A stretch of DNA of 64,000 nt from Ruminococcus flavefaciens (GCA_023662725.1 JAMPIL010000008.1:4471-68470); one strand, 5' to 3'. Positions 31,783 through 40,315 are shown, counted from the first letter of the stretch. Translations and numbers: made by a program. The notes: generated from the sequence alone by a model not told the origin.

Positions 31783-32241
31783 ATGAAAAAGACATTTTTG
31801 GCTTTAGGTGTTGCAGGAGTTCTTACATACAGTATTCCGGCAATGCCTGTAAAAGCGGCAAACAACTGTGAGACAAGCACATACAGCAGTGAAATACAGC
31901 CGTATACGGCAGGACTTATAAGCAGATATAAATTGTCTGTAACAACATCAAACGGTAACTTGTATTTAAACGGATATACTCTTTCAAATAGTAAAATGAA
32001 ATCTATCGGTTTCAAAAATATAGTTATACAGCGCAGTTCTGACGGAGTTAATTGGGTAAAAGAAAAAAGTCTTAGCGACATACTTAAATCCGATTATGAA
32101 TATTACCTTGACAACTACTCCGTTACTGTTAATGGCGGTTATTATTACCGTGTAACTTGTACCCACTACGCCAAGGAAAGCGGACTGTTAGGCAGCTCTC
32201 AGAGCGTGGACAACACTTCCAACAGCGTTTGGATAAGTTAA
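31783..32241 (+). CDS. Secreted beta-rich protein
   Basis: Signal peptide ending VKA; GYYYRVTCTHYA motif common downstream of ECF/DUF4367 pairs. Confidence 0.6.
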   Translation: MKKTFLALGVAGVLTYSIPAMPVKAANNCETSTYSSEIQPYTAGLISRYKLSVTTSNGNLYLNGYTLSNSKMKSIGFKNIVIQRSSDGVNWVKEKSLSDILKSDYEYYLDNYSVTVNGGYYYRVTCTHYAKESGLLGSSQSVDNTSNSVWIS

Positions 32242-32262
32242 AGTGTGTCACGGTGACACACT
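32242..32262 (+). repeat. Dispersed palindrome copy 8
   Basis: Perfect 21-bp palindrome starting at the base after the stop codon. Confidence 0.95.
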
Positions 32263-32538
32263 ATGAAAGGCGGTGGTTATATTGATTGTATAAATTAATT
32301 CTGGACTTTTTTCACACAACCAAAACATTCGGAGAAATCCAAACGGATTAAGAGACATATTTTTTAACTTACATTTCGGACGTACTACAAAAATACATCA
32401 GGATTGACAGAACGGTTTTCTCCTCACACTTGAAAGTGAGGAATTACTATGAAAATGACAAAAAGAATTGCTGCTATGGTGGCTTGTGCGGTTATGGCTG
32501 CAACATCTATGGTTGGCATTGGTGCTTCGGCGGCTGAT
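32258..32538 (+). repeat. Direct repeat copy A: leader plus signal-peptide coding region
   Basis: 32331-32480 aligns with 34491-34640 with about 7 mismatches in 150 nt by eye. Confidence 0.9.
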
Positions 32539-33126
32539 GAGCAAATTAAACCATATGAAGAAGTAATTGCGGAGGAATTTGATGTTGTAAGTGCAAATGA
32601 CACAACAATCAAACTTCTTCCTGTACCATTTTGCCCACAGGAAACATACTATTATTGTGCTCCTGCAACATTTCAGCAGGTTTACGCATATTATAAGGGA
32701 ATTGAAAATGCTGTCAGTCAGAGAAGCATAGCATTGATGTGGGGAATGAAAGATGGTGATGACAGTGGGCTTGATGATTTTAACAAAATCACTGATTGGC
32801 TTAACAAATTCTTTTATCAACAGTTGAATTATGAATGGAAATTTAAAAATGGTGCATATACGTCTTCAGCTACTATGCGTAGTTTCATTACATCTTCTAT
32901 CAATTCAGATGTTCCAGTAATAATTCACATTAGTAAACCAAGTTCAACAGACTGGAAATACTCTGTATCTGATGGACATTATCTTAACGCTACTGGATAT
33001 ACAACTGATTATATTCAGTTGACTGACCCTTACCTTGAAGGGCATGGAATATCATCAGGAAAATACCTTGTAACTCCAAGTCTATTGTACAAGTATTGTG
33101 ACCGAATGGCTGTTAATACTAAATAG
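32449..33126 (+). CDS. Secreted C39-like cysteine peptidase
   Basis: Signal peptide; PQETYYYCAPA (Gln/Cys), GHYL (His), LTDP (Asp). Confidence 0.75.
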   Translation: MKMTKRIAAMVACAVMAATSMVGIGASAADEQIKPYEEVIAEEFDVVSANDTTIKLLPVPFCPQETYYYCAPATFQQVYAYYKGIENAVSQRSIALMWGMKDGDDSGLDDFNKITDWLNKFFYQQLNYEWKFKNGAYTSSATMRSFITSSINSDVPVIIHISKPSSTDWKYSVSDGHYLNATGYTTDYIQLTDPYLEGHGISSGKYLVTPSLLYKYCDRMAVNTK

Positions 33127-33143
33127 TAAAGGCTGATATATTT

Positions 33144-34406
33144 ATGAAAATAAACATTGCCCATTTAATAAAATGCTGCTTTGTGCTAAGTACAGTGTTG
33201 TTATGTTCATGCTCAAATAACAAAACAATCAGCACTAATTCTGATATTTCAGTTACTTCTGCGGATTTTCAAATTCAAAGCACAAGTCAATCAAACATTG
33301 AAGATATAACTGAAACTTCTGATATTTCTGATGTTGAGGTTATGCACATTAATGAACAGGTAAAATATATTTCAGATTATACAGAACTTAATGCAGACAA
33401 ATGGGATTGTGCTAAATTACGTCTTGAATGTTTTTCGGGCAATGATTTATTTCTAACATATTCAAATAATGATATGTTAGAGATATATAAAATCAACACG
33501 GAAAATAATGACAATAAATTAATTGGAACGTGTAATTGGTCTGTAATGTATGGCTTTCTAAGTACAGTAATTGGGAATCGTTATTTTGTTATTATGCCAT
33601 CAAAAGCCGTTCTTAACGGACTGAAATCTACTTTATATGTATATGATATACATAGTGATGAATTTTATAGTGCCGATACCTTTTTGGCATACAATATGGT
33701 ACAGTATATAACTAATATAAGCGACAATAAAATTGCGTATTATTACTATGAAAATAAATCCAAAGACTGGGTTATAAAGGAATATGATTTTATTACAAAA
33801 ATCAGTAAAGAGTTGTATCATAACAACAGTGATGAAGATAAGCGATTTTCTCCTGTAGGATTAACATACAATGGTGAAAATCTTGTCTTAGCTGTTCAAT
33901 ACTATAACAATGAACTTGTAACTGAAACAAAATTTATTGAAATTGATATGCAAGGTAACAAAGTACAAGAAAATAGACTAAATGATTTCCCTATTGCAAT
34001 TGGATATGAATTAAACTTTGACGGTAAATATTACAATGTGTGCGGCAATAAGTATCGTGCAACAATTGAACTTTCATCTATGGTTATTGATTTGCAGGCT
34101 AATAGTTTTGACACTATTTTACCTTTATCTGCCGATTTAACCGTTCCAACAAATCTTAATAACAATAGACAATTATGCATCAACATAATTCAGTGTAATA
34201 AAAATGACTTTGCATTAATTGATACCAACAGAAATAATTTGACTTATTTTAATATTGAAGTTCCTGATTATAACGATATACATTCAAGCGTAAGTAATGA
34301 GAACAATGACCTTGCTGTTATAAAATGTGATGAAAATTACAATAATTTCAAGTTGATTATTGTTAAAAACAGTGCAATTTGTGATAGTTCTTTTGAGGAC
34401 AATTGA
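33144..34406 (+). CDS. Lipoprotein, probably beta-propeller-like
   Basis: Lipobox LLCSC; Ser/Thr-rich linker; beta-rich body. Confidence 0.65.
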   Translation: MKINIAHLIKCCFVLSTVLLCSCSNNKTISTNSDISVTSADFQIQSTSQSNIEDITETSDISDVEVMHINEQVKYISDYTELNADKWDCAKLRLECFSGNDLFLTYSNNDMLEIYKINTENNDNKLIGTCNWSVMYGFLSTVIGNRYFVIMPSKAVLNGLKSTLYVYDIHSDEFYSADTFLAYNMVQYITNISDNKIAYYYYENKSKDWVIKEYDFITKISKELYHNNSDEDKRFSPVGLTYNGENLVLAVQYYNNELVTETKFIEIDMQGNKVQENRLNDFPIAIGYELNFDGKYYNVCGNKYRATIELSSMVIDLQANSFDTILPLSADLTVPTNLNNNRQLCINIIQCNKNDFALIDTNRNNLTYFNIEVPDYNDIHSSVSNENNDLAVIKCDENYNNFKLIIVKNSAICDSSFEDN

Positions 34407-34417
34407 TTTCGACTAAT

Positions 34418-34701
34418 ACACTGTGAAAGAGGTAGTTATCTTGATTGTATTAACTGATTTTCGACTTCTATCATACATAAATAAAACTTTGGAGAACTCC
34501 AAACGGATTAAGAGACATATTTTTTAACTTACTTTTCGGACGTACCACAAAAATACATCAGAATTGACAGAACGGTTTTCTCCTCACCTATGAAAGTGAG
34601 GAATTACTATGAAAATGACAAAAAGAATTGCTGCTATGGTAATGTGCAGCGTTATGGCTGTTTCTTCTATGGTTGGTATGGGGGCATCGGCAGCAGCAGA
34701 T
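34418..34701 (+). repeat. Direct repeat copy B: leader plus signal-peptide coding region
   Basis: Same leader and MKMTKRIAAMV start as copy A, offset 2160 bp. Confidence 0.9.
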
Positions 34702-35523
34702 GACTATGGAAACACTATATCAACTGCGTATACTCTTACAACAAGCGGTTGTTATGGAACAATTAATTATGCCGGAGATGCTGATATGTTTTCCTTTACC
34801 CCATCAATTTCCGGAATTTATTATTTTTATACAACGGGAAGTACCGATACAACAGGAACATTGTACAATTCAAACGGTTCTATAATAAAATCATCTTCTT
34901 GGGGATTTGCAAAAGACAAAAATATGATGGTTGCAGCAGAGCTTAAGGCAGGAACTAAATATTATATTGCAGTTACTGGTTCATACTCTTCGACTACTGG
35001 TGGATATGAAATCAACGTTGGCAGAGATAGTTTATCTGTACGTGTTAATAGACTTGCACAGGCAGATTCACGTTAGAACAATGTACATCTTGGAAATATT
35101 AGTAGCAATCCAACAATAGGAAGTAAAGGATGTGCCTTAACTACTTTTACAATGGTTTTAAATTTTTGGAATAGCAGTTCCAAAACACCTCAAGATGTTA
35201 ACGATACTATGGGAGCGGCGGCTTATGATTTTCAGTGGTCAACTGCCAAATCAAAATATGGACTACAGCTGGCACAAGAAGGCTCATCCACTGCACATAC
35301 CACTACGAGTAAGGGAACTTCGTTTGCAATTGAACAATTAAAATTAGGCAGACCCGTTATTATTGGAATGACAAGTCCCACTACTACTCATTTTGTTGTT
35401 GCAACTGCTTATTATAATAATGAAATATACATAAAGGATCCTGCTGGTAGAAATTATACTAAACTATCACAGTACACAAATACCTCATACTCTATATATG
35501 AGGTATTTGCTTATTATAAATAA
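34609..35523 (+). pseudogene. Secreted PPC-domain plus C39-like peptidase interrupted by in-frame TAG (35074-35076)
   Basis: Frame continues through TAG: QADSR*NNVHLG...TIGSKGCALT..HFVV..KDP; the stop sits where C39_2 has the Trp of Q.D.RW. Confidence 0.8.
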
Positions 35524-35544
35524 TCAATTTAAAGGTGATGTAAT

Positions 35545-36312
35545 TTGAAAAAAATGATTTATATTATAATTTTGGCATTAACGAATTTAATGTGTATTAC
35601 AGCTTGTAGTTCCATTACTGAAAGTATCAACACACAAGCCGCAGAAAGTAGTTCAATAGAGACAGAATATAACATAGAATTAAATTCAGAAAATGTATCT
35701 ACAACCATTGAAATTGACAGTAAGATTAAATCAGAGCTAATTAATATTATCGAATGTTACTATCACCTTAAAGATTTAATTGGCGGACGATATTGTTATA
35801 TCACAGGACATTATGAAACAAGAAATTTAAACAATGAATATTCATCAAATGAATTCAAATATGATATGGAGATTAAATATTGCAAATTTGACACACTTGA
35901 CGATTTTTATTCAATATATGAAGAGCTGTTTTTCAGAAATAATAAAGCAATTGTTTTTTCTTCTTCAAATATTACAAGAAATGATTATGAAGAAATGGCG
36001 TTATCCTATATGACAATGGAATTTTATAATAAAAATTTTTATGGAATTTTTGATGATATTATTGACGATGATAATTATATTAGTCCGTCAAAATATTGGT
36101 ATTGTAATGGAAATTTATTAATAAATCTAAGCTCAGACTATATATATGGCGGCATAAATGACTATAATTATTTTACTATAGATAAAATTACAAACAATAG
36201 TGTTGTAATTACAACAGTAAGGAAATACTCTGAGCTTGATAGTCATGTACAGTTTTCATTTGTATTGGAAAATAATTTGTGGAAATTATCAGATATTTAT
36301 TATTTAGATTAG
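35545..36312 (+). CDS. Lipoprotein
   Basis: AAGGTGA SD, TTG start, lipobox ITAC; C-terminal ENNLWKLSDI motif. Confidence 0.65.
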   Translation: MKKMIYIIILALTNLMCITACSSITESINTQAAESSSIETEYNIELNSENVSTTIEIDSKIKSELINIIECYYHLKDLIGGRYCYITGHYETRNLNNEYSSNEFKYDMEIKYCKFDTLDDFYSIYEELFFRNNKAIVFSSSNITRNDYEEMALSYMTMEFYNKNFYGIFDDIIDDDNYISPSKYWYCNGNLLINLSSDYIYGGINDYNYFTIDKITNNSVVITTVRKYSELDSHVQFSFVLENNLWKLSDIYYLD

Positions 36313-36330
36313 CTAAATAATAACATTATT

Positions 36331-36374
36331 AATAGCCGTGACAGAACAGTTGGGTCTGTCACGGCTATTTTTTA
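36331..36374. terminator. Bidirectional terminator between convergent operons
   Basis: AATAGCCGTGACAG...CTGTCACGGCTATT stem with T-rich flanks. Confidence 0.85.
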
Positions 36375-36390
36375 TTATTTGTCCATTCCT

Positions 36391-37794
36391 CTATAACTCC
36401 AAATTATTATTTTTAGTCCTGCCAATATCCTTGTCCTTACTGCTCGTAGGAGCATACTTGTCAGAACTGATTTCGGCGATTGAGAATAAAGGCTCTTTTT
36501 CTTGTTCATATTTCTTTTCAGAAATAGGTGGAACGGTTGGTTTAACTGTTCTGCGTTCAGGCTTGACAGGTTTCTTTTTCACCTGTTCCGCAGCTCGCTT
36601 TTCCTTGCCGAACATTGAAACAGCTTTTTTCAGTTTGTCCTTAATATCAGAGAAAAAATTATATATACTGCTTTCGGCAGTGTGTGTACCCTTTTCAATT
36701 TTAGACTTAGCCTTAGTCAGAGCTTGCGGTGTTTCAAGCGTGACAAGTTTGACCGACATCGTTCCATTCTCGTTTTGAGTTTCTTTTGTAAGCGTGATTT
36801 TTGATGATACTTTAGTATTGGGCATTTTTTCACGCTTCTCAATTTCCGCATTGACTGCTTTTATTTCATTCAGAATAATATCTTTAACATCACTGTTGTG
36901 TGGGTCTTGTGCCTGAGCCGTAAGCCTTTCAGCAACATTTTTAAGCATATCGGAATTGTAAATAGTTCTGTTGCTGAATACCGACAGCTTCTTTTCGTAG
37001 GCTTTTTTAGCGGATTCCGAATGTGTTTCCGCATACTTTGTCCTCTTGCTTCTAAGCTGTTTTAAATCGGCTTTAATGGTCGAATACTCGGAATTATTCA
37101 GTACTTTTTCATGCAGCCGCTGACGTTCTTCTGTCGGAATTTCTATAATGCACCTGTCAACATTGTTTACCTTGTCGTGTTCAACGAGTGAAACTATCTT
37201 AATCTCCTGAACGCTTCTGCGACCGTCGTTGTTGTATGTCCTGTCAGAGGGGAACTGTGACATTCCGTGAGCAATATTAGGATTATTTTTATCGAGCTTG
37301 AAAAAAGCATATATTCTTTCATCGGGAGTTTTCTTGTTTTCCGGTTCAAATACAAGCATAAAGTCAGCAGCGATTTCAGAGCTGTAAGGGCGGTGGGTTC
37401 TATGACAGTCCGAATTCCACGAATACGCTTTTACATTACTGCTGTTCAGAACATCACGAAAATTCGTAAGAGTATCTATTCTATCATCGAGGGTATAAGC
37501 CACGCCATTTTTTTGAGGGTCGTTAAATACATCTCCCCAAAAGCTGCTTTCCGAAATATCCTGATATGTAATATCACTGTCAAGTATTTTATTAAGTAAT
37601 TCTGAACTGCTTATTTCCGATTGATTTATAATATCGCTTAACTTCTCCAATCCGGATAAGTGCATAAAGTGACTTCTGTTTAAAGTAAAGGAGGCTTCGC
37701 TTATTGTTCCGGAATTATACAGTTCGATTTTGTATTCATATTCACTGTTTTGAAGATATGCAGCAGCACAATCATGTAATTTATCATTTTCCAT
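36391..37794 (-). CDS. PBECR4-family (Barnase/EndoU/Colicin/RelE-like) nuclease with long C-terminal extension
   Basis: SHFMHLSGLEKLSDI, ITYQDISES, SEIAADFML motifs match PBECR4; the C-terminal half is coiled-coil and Lys-rich. Confidence 0.75.
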   Translation of the reverse strand: MENDKLHDCAAAYLQNSEYEYKIELYNSGTISEASFTLNRSHFMHLSGLEKLSDIINQSEISSSELLNKILDSDITYQDISESSFWGDVFNDPQKNGVAYTLDDRIDTLTNFRDVLNSSNVKAYSWNSDCHRTHRPYSSEIAADFMLVFEPENKKTPDERIYAFFKLDKNNPNIAHGMSQFPSDRTYNNDGRRSVQEIKIVSLVEHDKVNNVDRCIIEIPTEERQRLHEKVLNNSEYSTIKADLKQLRSKRTKYAETHSESAKKAYEKKLSVFSNRTIYNSDMLKNVAERLTAQAQDPHNSDVKDIILNEIKAVNAEIEKREKMPNTKVSSKITLTKETQNENGTMSVKLVTLETPQALTKAKSKIEKGTHTAESSIYNFFSDIKDKLKKAVSMFGKEKRAAEQVKKKPVKPERRTVKPTVPPISEKKYEQEKEPLFSIAEISSDKYAPTSSKDKDIGRTKNNNLEL

Positions 37795-37802
37795 ATTTCA
37801 CC

Positions 37803-37831
37803 TAAAAAAATAACTCTGCAAAGCAGAGTTA
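37803..37831 (-). terminator. Terminator between ncRNA copy A and the PBECR4 gene
   Basis: AACTCTGC-TTT-GCAGAGTT hairpin followed by T7 on the minus strand, just before the AGGTGA SD. Confidence 0.8.
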
Positions 37832-37850
37832 AATTTTGCACTGTTTTTTT

Positions 37851-37980
37851 CAGCATTTCTGCCTAAGACAGGTATGGATTATGCCTACCACGCCAAAGCT
37901 CCATGTAAACCCCCTGACACTGCGTACACTTCATAGCTTAGCAATCCCGATTACTTACGGGCAATGCTTGATTTTCATCA
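37851..37980 (-). ncRNA. Putative structured ncRNA, copy A (candidate RNA antitoxin)
   Basis: Near-duplicate of 38107-38237 with conserved stems and no conserved ORF; bounded by promoter and terminator. Confidence 0.7.
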
Positions 37981-37985
37981 TTTAT

Positions 37986-38014
37986 ATTATATGCTATTTT
38001 TCCGGATTTGTCAA
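37986..38014 (-). promoter_or_regulatory. Consensus sigma-A promoter TTGACA-17-TATAAT
   Basis: -35 at 38014-38009, -10 at 37991-37986. Confidence 0.9.
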
Positions 38015-38059
38015 GTGTTTTTTGAAAAAATATCAGCAAAATATTTGGAAATATTAATA

Positions 38060-38090
38060 ATAAAAAGCGGCTCTGAAAACAGAGCCGCTT
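38060..38090 (-). terminator. Terminator after ncRNA copy B
   Basis: AAGCGGCTCTG-TTTT-CAGAGCCGCTT hairpin plus T tract. Confidence 0.85.
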
Positions 38091-38106
38091 ATTGCATATT
38101 TTCTTT

Positions 38107-38237
38107 CAGCATTTCTGCCTACGTCAAGTCTGGTTTCTATGCAACCACTAAAGCTCCATGCACACCTCTTGACTCCTGCGTGACACTTCATGGCTTAGCA
38201 ATCCCGATTACTCACGGGCAATGCTTGATTTTCATCA
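38107..38237 (-). ncRNA. Putative structured ncRNA, copy B
   Basis: See copy A; repeat period about 257 bp. Confidence 0.7.
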
Positions 38238-38242
38238 CTTAT

Positions 38243-38271
38243 ATTATATGCTATTTTTTCGGATTTGTCAA
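38243..38271 (-). promoter_or_regulatory. Consensus sigma-A promoter TTGACA-17-TATAAT
   Basis: -35 at 38271-38266, -10 at 38248-38243. Confidence 0.9.
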
Positions 38272-38276
38272 TAAGA

Positions 38277-38528
38277 TTATGAAGCCATTGCCAAAATAAA
38301 GGCTATTAAAATAGACATTACCAAAAAAGCATTACTTGTAAAGCTTAATATTCGGTGTAGTGAATCCAAACTTCTTAATTTGCCCTTTACTTTACGCATA
38401 TCATTGAACGACGTTTCTTCTTCGGAATTGTTGAAATCATATACTTCTTTGTCAGCTTTTCTGTCAATAAGACGGCAAATCACTCTTAAACCCGCATATA
38501 TTAAAATAACTTTAAACAATATAAACAC
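38277..38528 (-). CDS. Small two-TM membrane protein
   Basis: ORF with hydrophobic ends. Confidence 0.45.
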   Translation of the reverse strand: MFILFKVILIYAGLRVICRLIDRKADKEVYDFNNSEEETSFNDMRKVKGKLRSLDSLHRILSFTSNAFLVMSILIAFILAMAS

Positions 38529-38675
38529 ATCCTGTCACTATATTTTGTCTTTATTATTATACCATAATATGTATAATCCGTCAAGTTTTTTCTACGAAAT
38601 ATTTATAATAACAGTTTGTTAATATTTTCCCGATTTAAAAATATCATCGTGGCACACCGATAAATATACATTTTG

Positions 38676-38960
38676 TTATATCATATCATCCGTTTCCTCG
38701 CGCAGTTTCAGTAGCCGTTTTCTGAGGATTTCATTTTCTGTTTTCAGAAGTTCAAGCTGCTCATCGCGGAGCTTGTCTTTCTGCTTTTTTCTCTGTCTCA
38801 AATTGTACATTCTCAGAGCCGTTTTCTGTCGGTCTGACTGCTCACGGCAAGCGGAACAATATTTAACTCTTATGTGGCGAAAATAATCGCAGTCCTCAGA
38901 ATTTATATTGCTAATCAGCTTTCCGCACATTTGACAAAATTTATAATCATTCACTTTCAA
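38676..38960 (-). CDS. Zinc-finger/coiled-coil protein
   Basis: GAGAGGGGAG SD before TTG 38960; FCQMCG and YCSAC pairs. Confidence 0.6.
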   Translation of the reverse strand: MKVNDYKFCQMCGKLISNINSEDCDYFRHIRVKYCSACREQSDRQKTALRMYNLRQRKKQKDKLRDEQLELLKTENEILRKRLLKLREETDDMI

Positions 38961-39402
38961 ACGCTCCCCTCTCGTTAATTTCTTCAATTTTTGTATCGTT
39001 ACCGTAATTGTTTTCGTAACACCGTTCCGATAAATTTTTGATTTCGGACAATAGAGAAGAACGAAGTCTTTTTCGTTCACTGTACGCAATTTTCAAAAGC
39101 TCATTTGAATTGTTATTCTTTCCGTCAATCCACAAATCATATCTTTGCTTCTCACCAAAACTGTTCAGCCACTCGCATGATATTACTTTCTCATGCTCAT
39201 CCGGAGAGCATACGGAAATATCGGTAATCATTTTCTCAACAGTTTGAAGCTGCTCACGAAGATTATTCAGCCGTTCAATCTGTTCTGAAATACACTCAAA
39301 TTCTAATCTTCCGTTATCGCTTGTGCTATTGAACTTGCAACAAAATTTATACAAAACGTAAATCAAAAAAGCAAGCCATGTTATACTAATAATTCTTTCC
39401 AT
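38947..39402 (-). CDS. Hypothetical protein with N-terminal membrane anchor
   Basis: AGAAAGG SD 8 nt before ATG 39402; translationally coupled to the next gene. Confidence 0.6.
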   Translation of the reverse strand: MERIISITWLAFLIYVLYKFCCKFNSTSDNGRLEFECISEQIERLNNLREQLQTVEKMITDISVCSPDEHEKVISCEWLNSFGEKQRYDLWIDGKNNNSNELLKIAYSERKRLRSSLLSEIKNLSERCYENNYGNDTKIEEINERGAFESE

Positions 39403-39418
39403 TTCATAAACCTTTCTA

Positions 39419-39447
39419 TTGACGAAAGGAAAGTGTTGTGTTATAAT
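39419..39447 (+). promoter_or_regulatory. Sigma-A promoter TTGACG-17-TATAAT, antisense to the local operon
   Basis: Direct sequence match. Confidence 0.75.
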
Positions 39448-39453
39448 AACACT

Positions 39454-39525
39454 GTCGGACACCTTTCGTCCGTCGGACAGGGCAGAACCGGAAGTGTGGA
39501 GCTTGGCGGTCTGTCCTGTTTTTTA
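39454..39525 (+). ncRNA. Putative antisense small RNA (about 70 nt)
   Basis: Between the above promoter and hairpin GGACAGGGCAGAACCG...CGGTCTGTCC plus T6. Confidence 0.55.
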
Positions 39526-39532
39526 TTTTAGA

Positions 39533-39551
39533 AGTGTGTCACCGTGACACA
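39533..39551 (-). repeat. Dispersed palindrome copy 9 (central C on plus strand)
   Basis: AGTGTGTCACCGTGACACA. Confidence 0.95.
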
Positions 39552-39558
39552 TTTTTCG

Positions 39559-39960
39559 TTATATGTAAAATCTATCCGTGTCGCAGAATAAAACCACCTT
39601 GGCAAGTCCCCATAACCATACGGCGGCAGCAAATACAATACTGTACAATTTTGCGGCTATTGCAGGCATAAAATTGATTGCAAGAACGAGAAGCATTACA
39701 AGTATTATGCAGAGGAACCAAGTCCAACCCATTTCCTTGAATGCACTCCAACCGTCTTTAAGATTAAAAATTATTCCGCATATCAGTCCCAGTATGCTAA
39801 GTCCGAGTATAAAATTGCCGGCAATTGTTATCAAATACGCTGCGATATTCAAAAATAATATAAAAGTATTCTGAAAAATCAGCAGTGCCAGTGACAACAA
39901 ACCCAATAACGCAAAAAAAGCGAACCGTACCGGAAAAGAAATTATTTTTAGTACAAGCAT
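39559..39960 (-). CDS. Multi-TM membrane protein
   Basis: Highly hydrophobic ORF with SD. Confidence 0.6.
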   Translation of the reverse strand: MLVLKIISFPVRFAFFALLGLLSLALLIFQNTFILFLNIAAYLITIAGNFILGLSILGLICGIIFNLKDGWSAFKEMGWTWFLCIILVMLLVLAINFMPAIAAKLYSIVFAAAVWLWGLAKVVLFCDTDRFYI

Positions 39961-39973
39961 TATTGTCTCCTTT

Positions 39974-40315
39974 TTATTTGTTCTGTTCTTTTATTTCGCT
40001 GTTAAAAAAGTCAATCAGAATTTCCTGAGATATGCTCGCGGCGTCGGCAAGCAGCATTATCTCTTGTATCGAATCGGCAATCTTGCTTAAATACAGTTCC
40101 TGAGCGTTTTCCTTGCAGTTTTCGGTAAGTATGTAGCCGTTGGATTTAGTGCGGCTCACAATATCATTCTCCACAAGAATTTTAAAAATAATTCCCATTT
40201 GCTTTGGGGCAAGATTGTAATCTCTCGTAAAAATATATTCTCCGGATTTCTTTTTTCCCGACGTTATCGAGTAGATTATCTCGTTTAAAGTCATTTCTTG
40301 TTTTGTCATATTCAT
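39974..40315 (-). CDS. GntR-like winged-helix protein
   Basis: ITSG..KSGE...YNL...LVENDIVSRTKSNGY wHTH pattern. Confidence 0.55.
   Translation of the reverse strand: MNMTKQEMTLNEIIYSITSGKKKSGEYIFTRDYNLAPKQMGIIFKILVENDIVSRTKSNGYILTENCKENAQELYLSKIADSIQEIMLLADAASISQEILIDFFNSEIKEQNK

Noticed and set aside
35074-35076. Pyrrolysine or programmed amber readthrough
   Set aside because: No pyl genes in the window, and the family has Trp at this position, so a point mutation is simpler
37863-37934. Short ORF MKCTQCQGVYMELWRGRHNPYLS in RNA copy A as a type I toxin peptide
   Set aside because: Copy B has an indel that changes the frame and product, there is no SD and the peptide is not hydrophobic
38176-38190. 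Half-sites GTGACAC here and near 44952 and 52995
   Set aside because: Seven-base half-sites are expected by chance in 64 kb and have no partner arm
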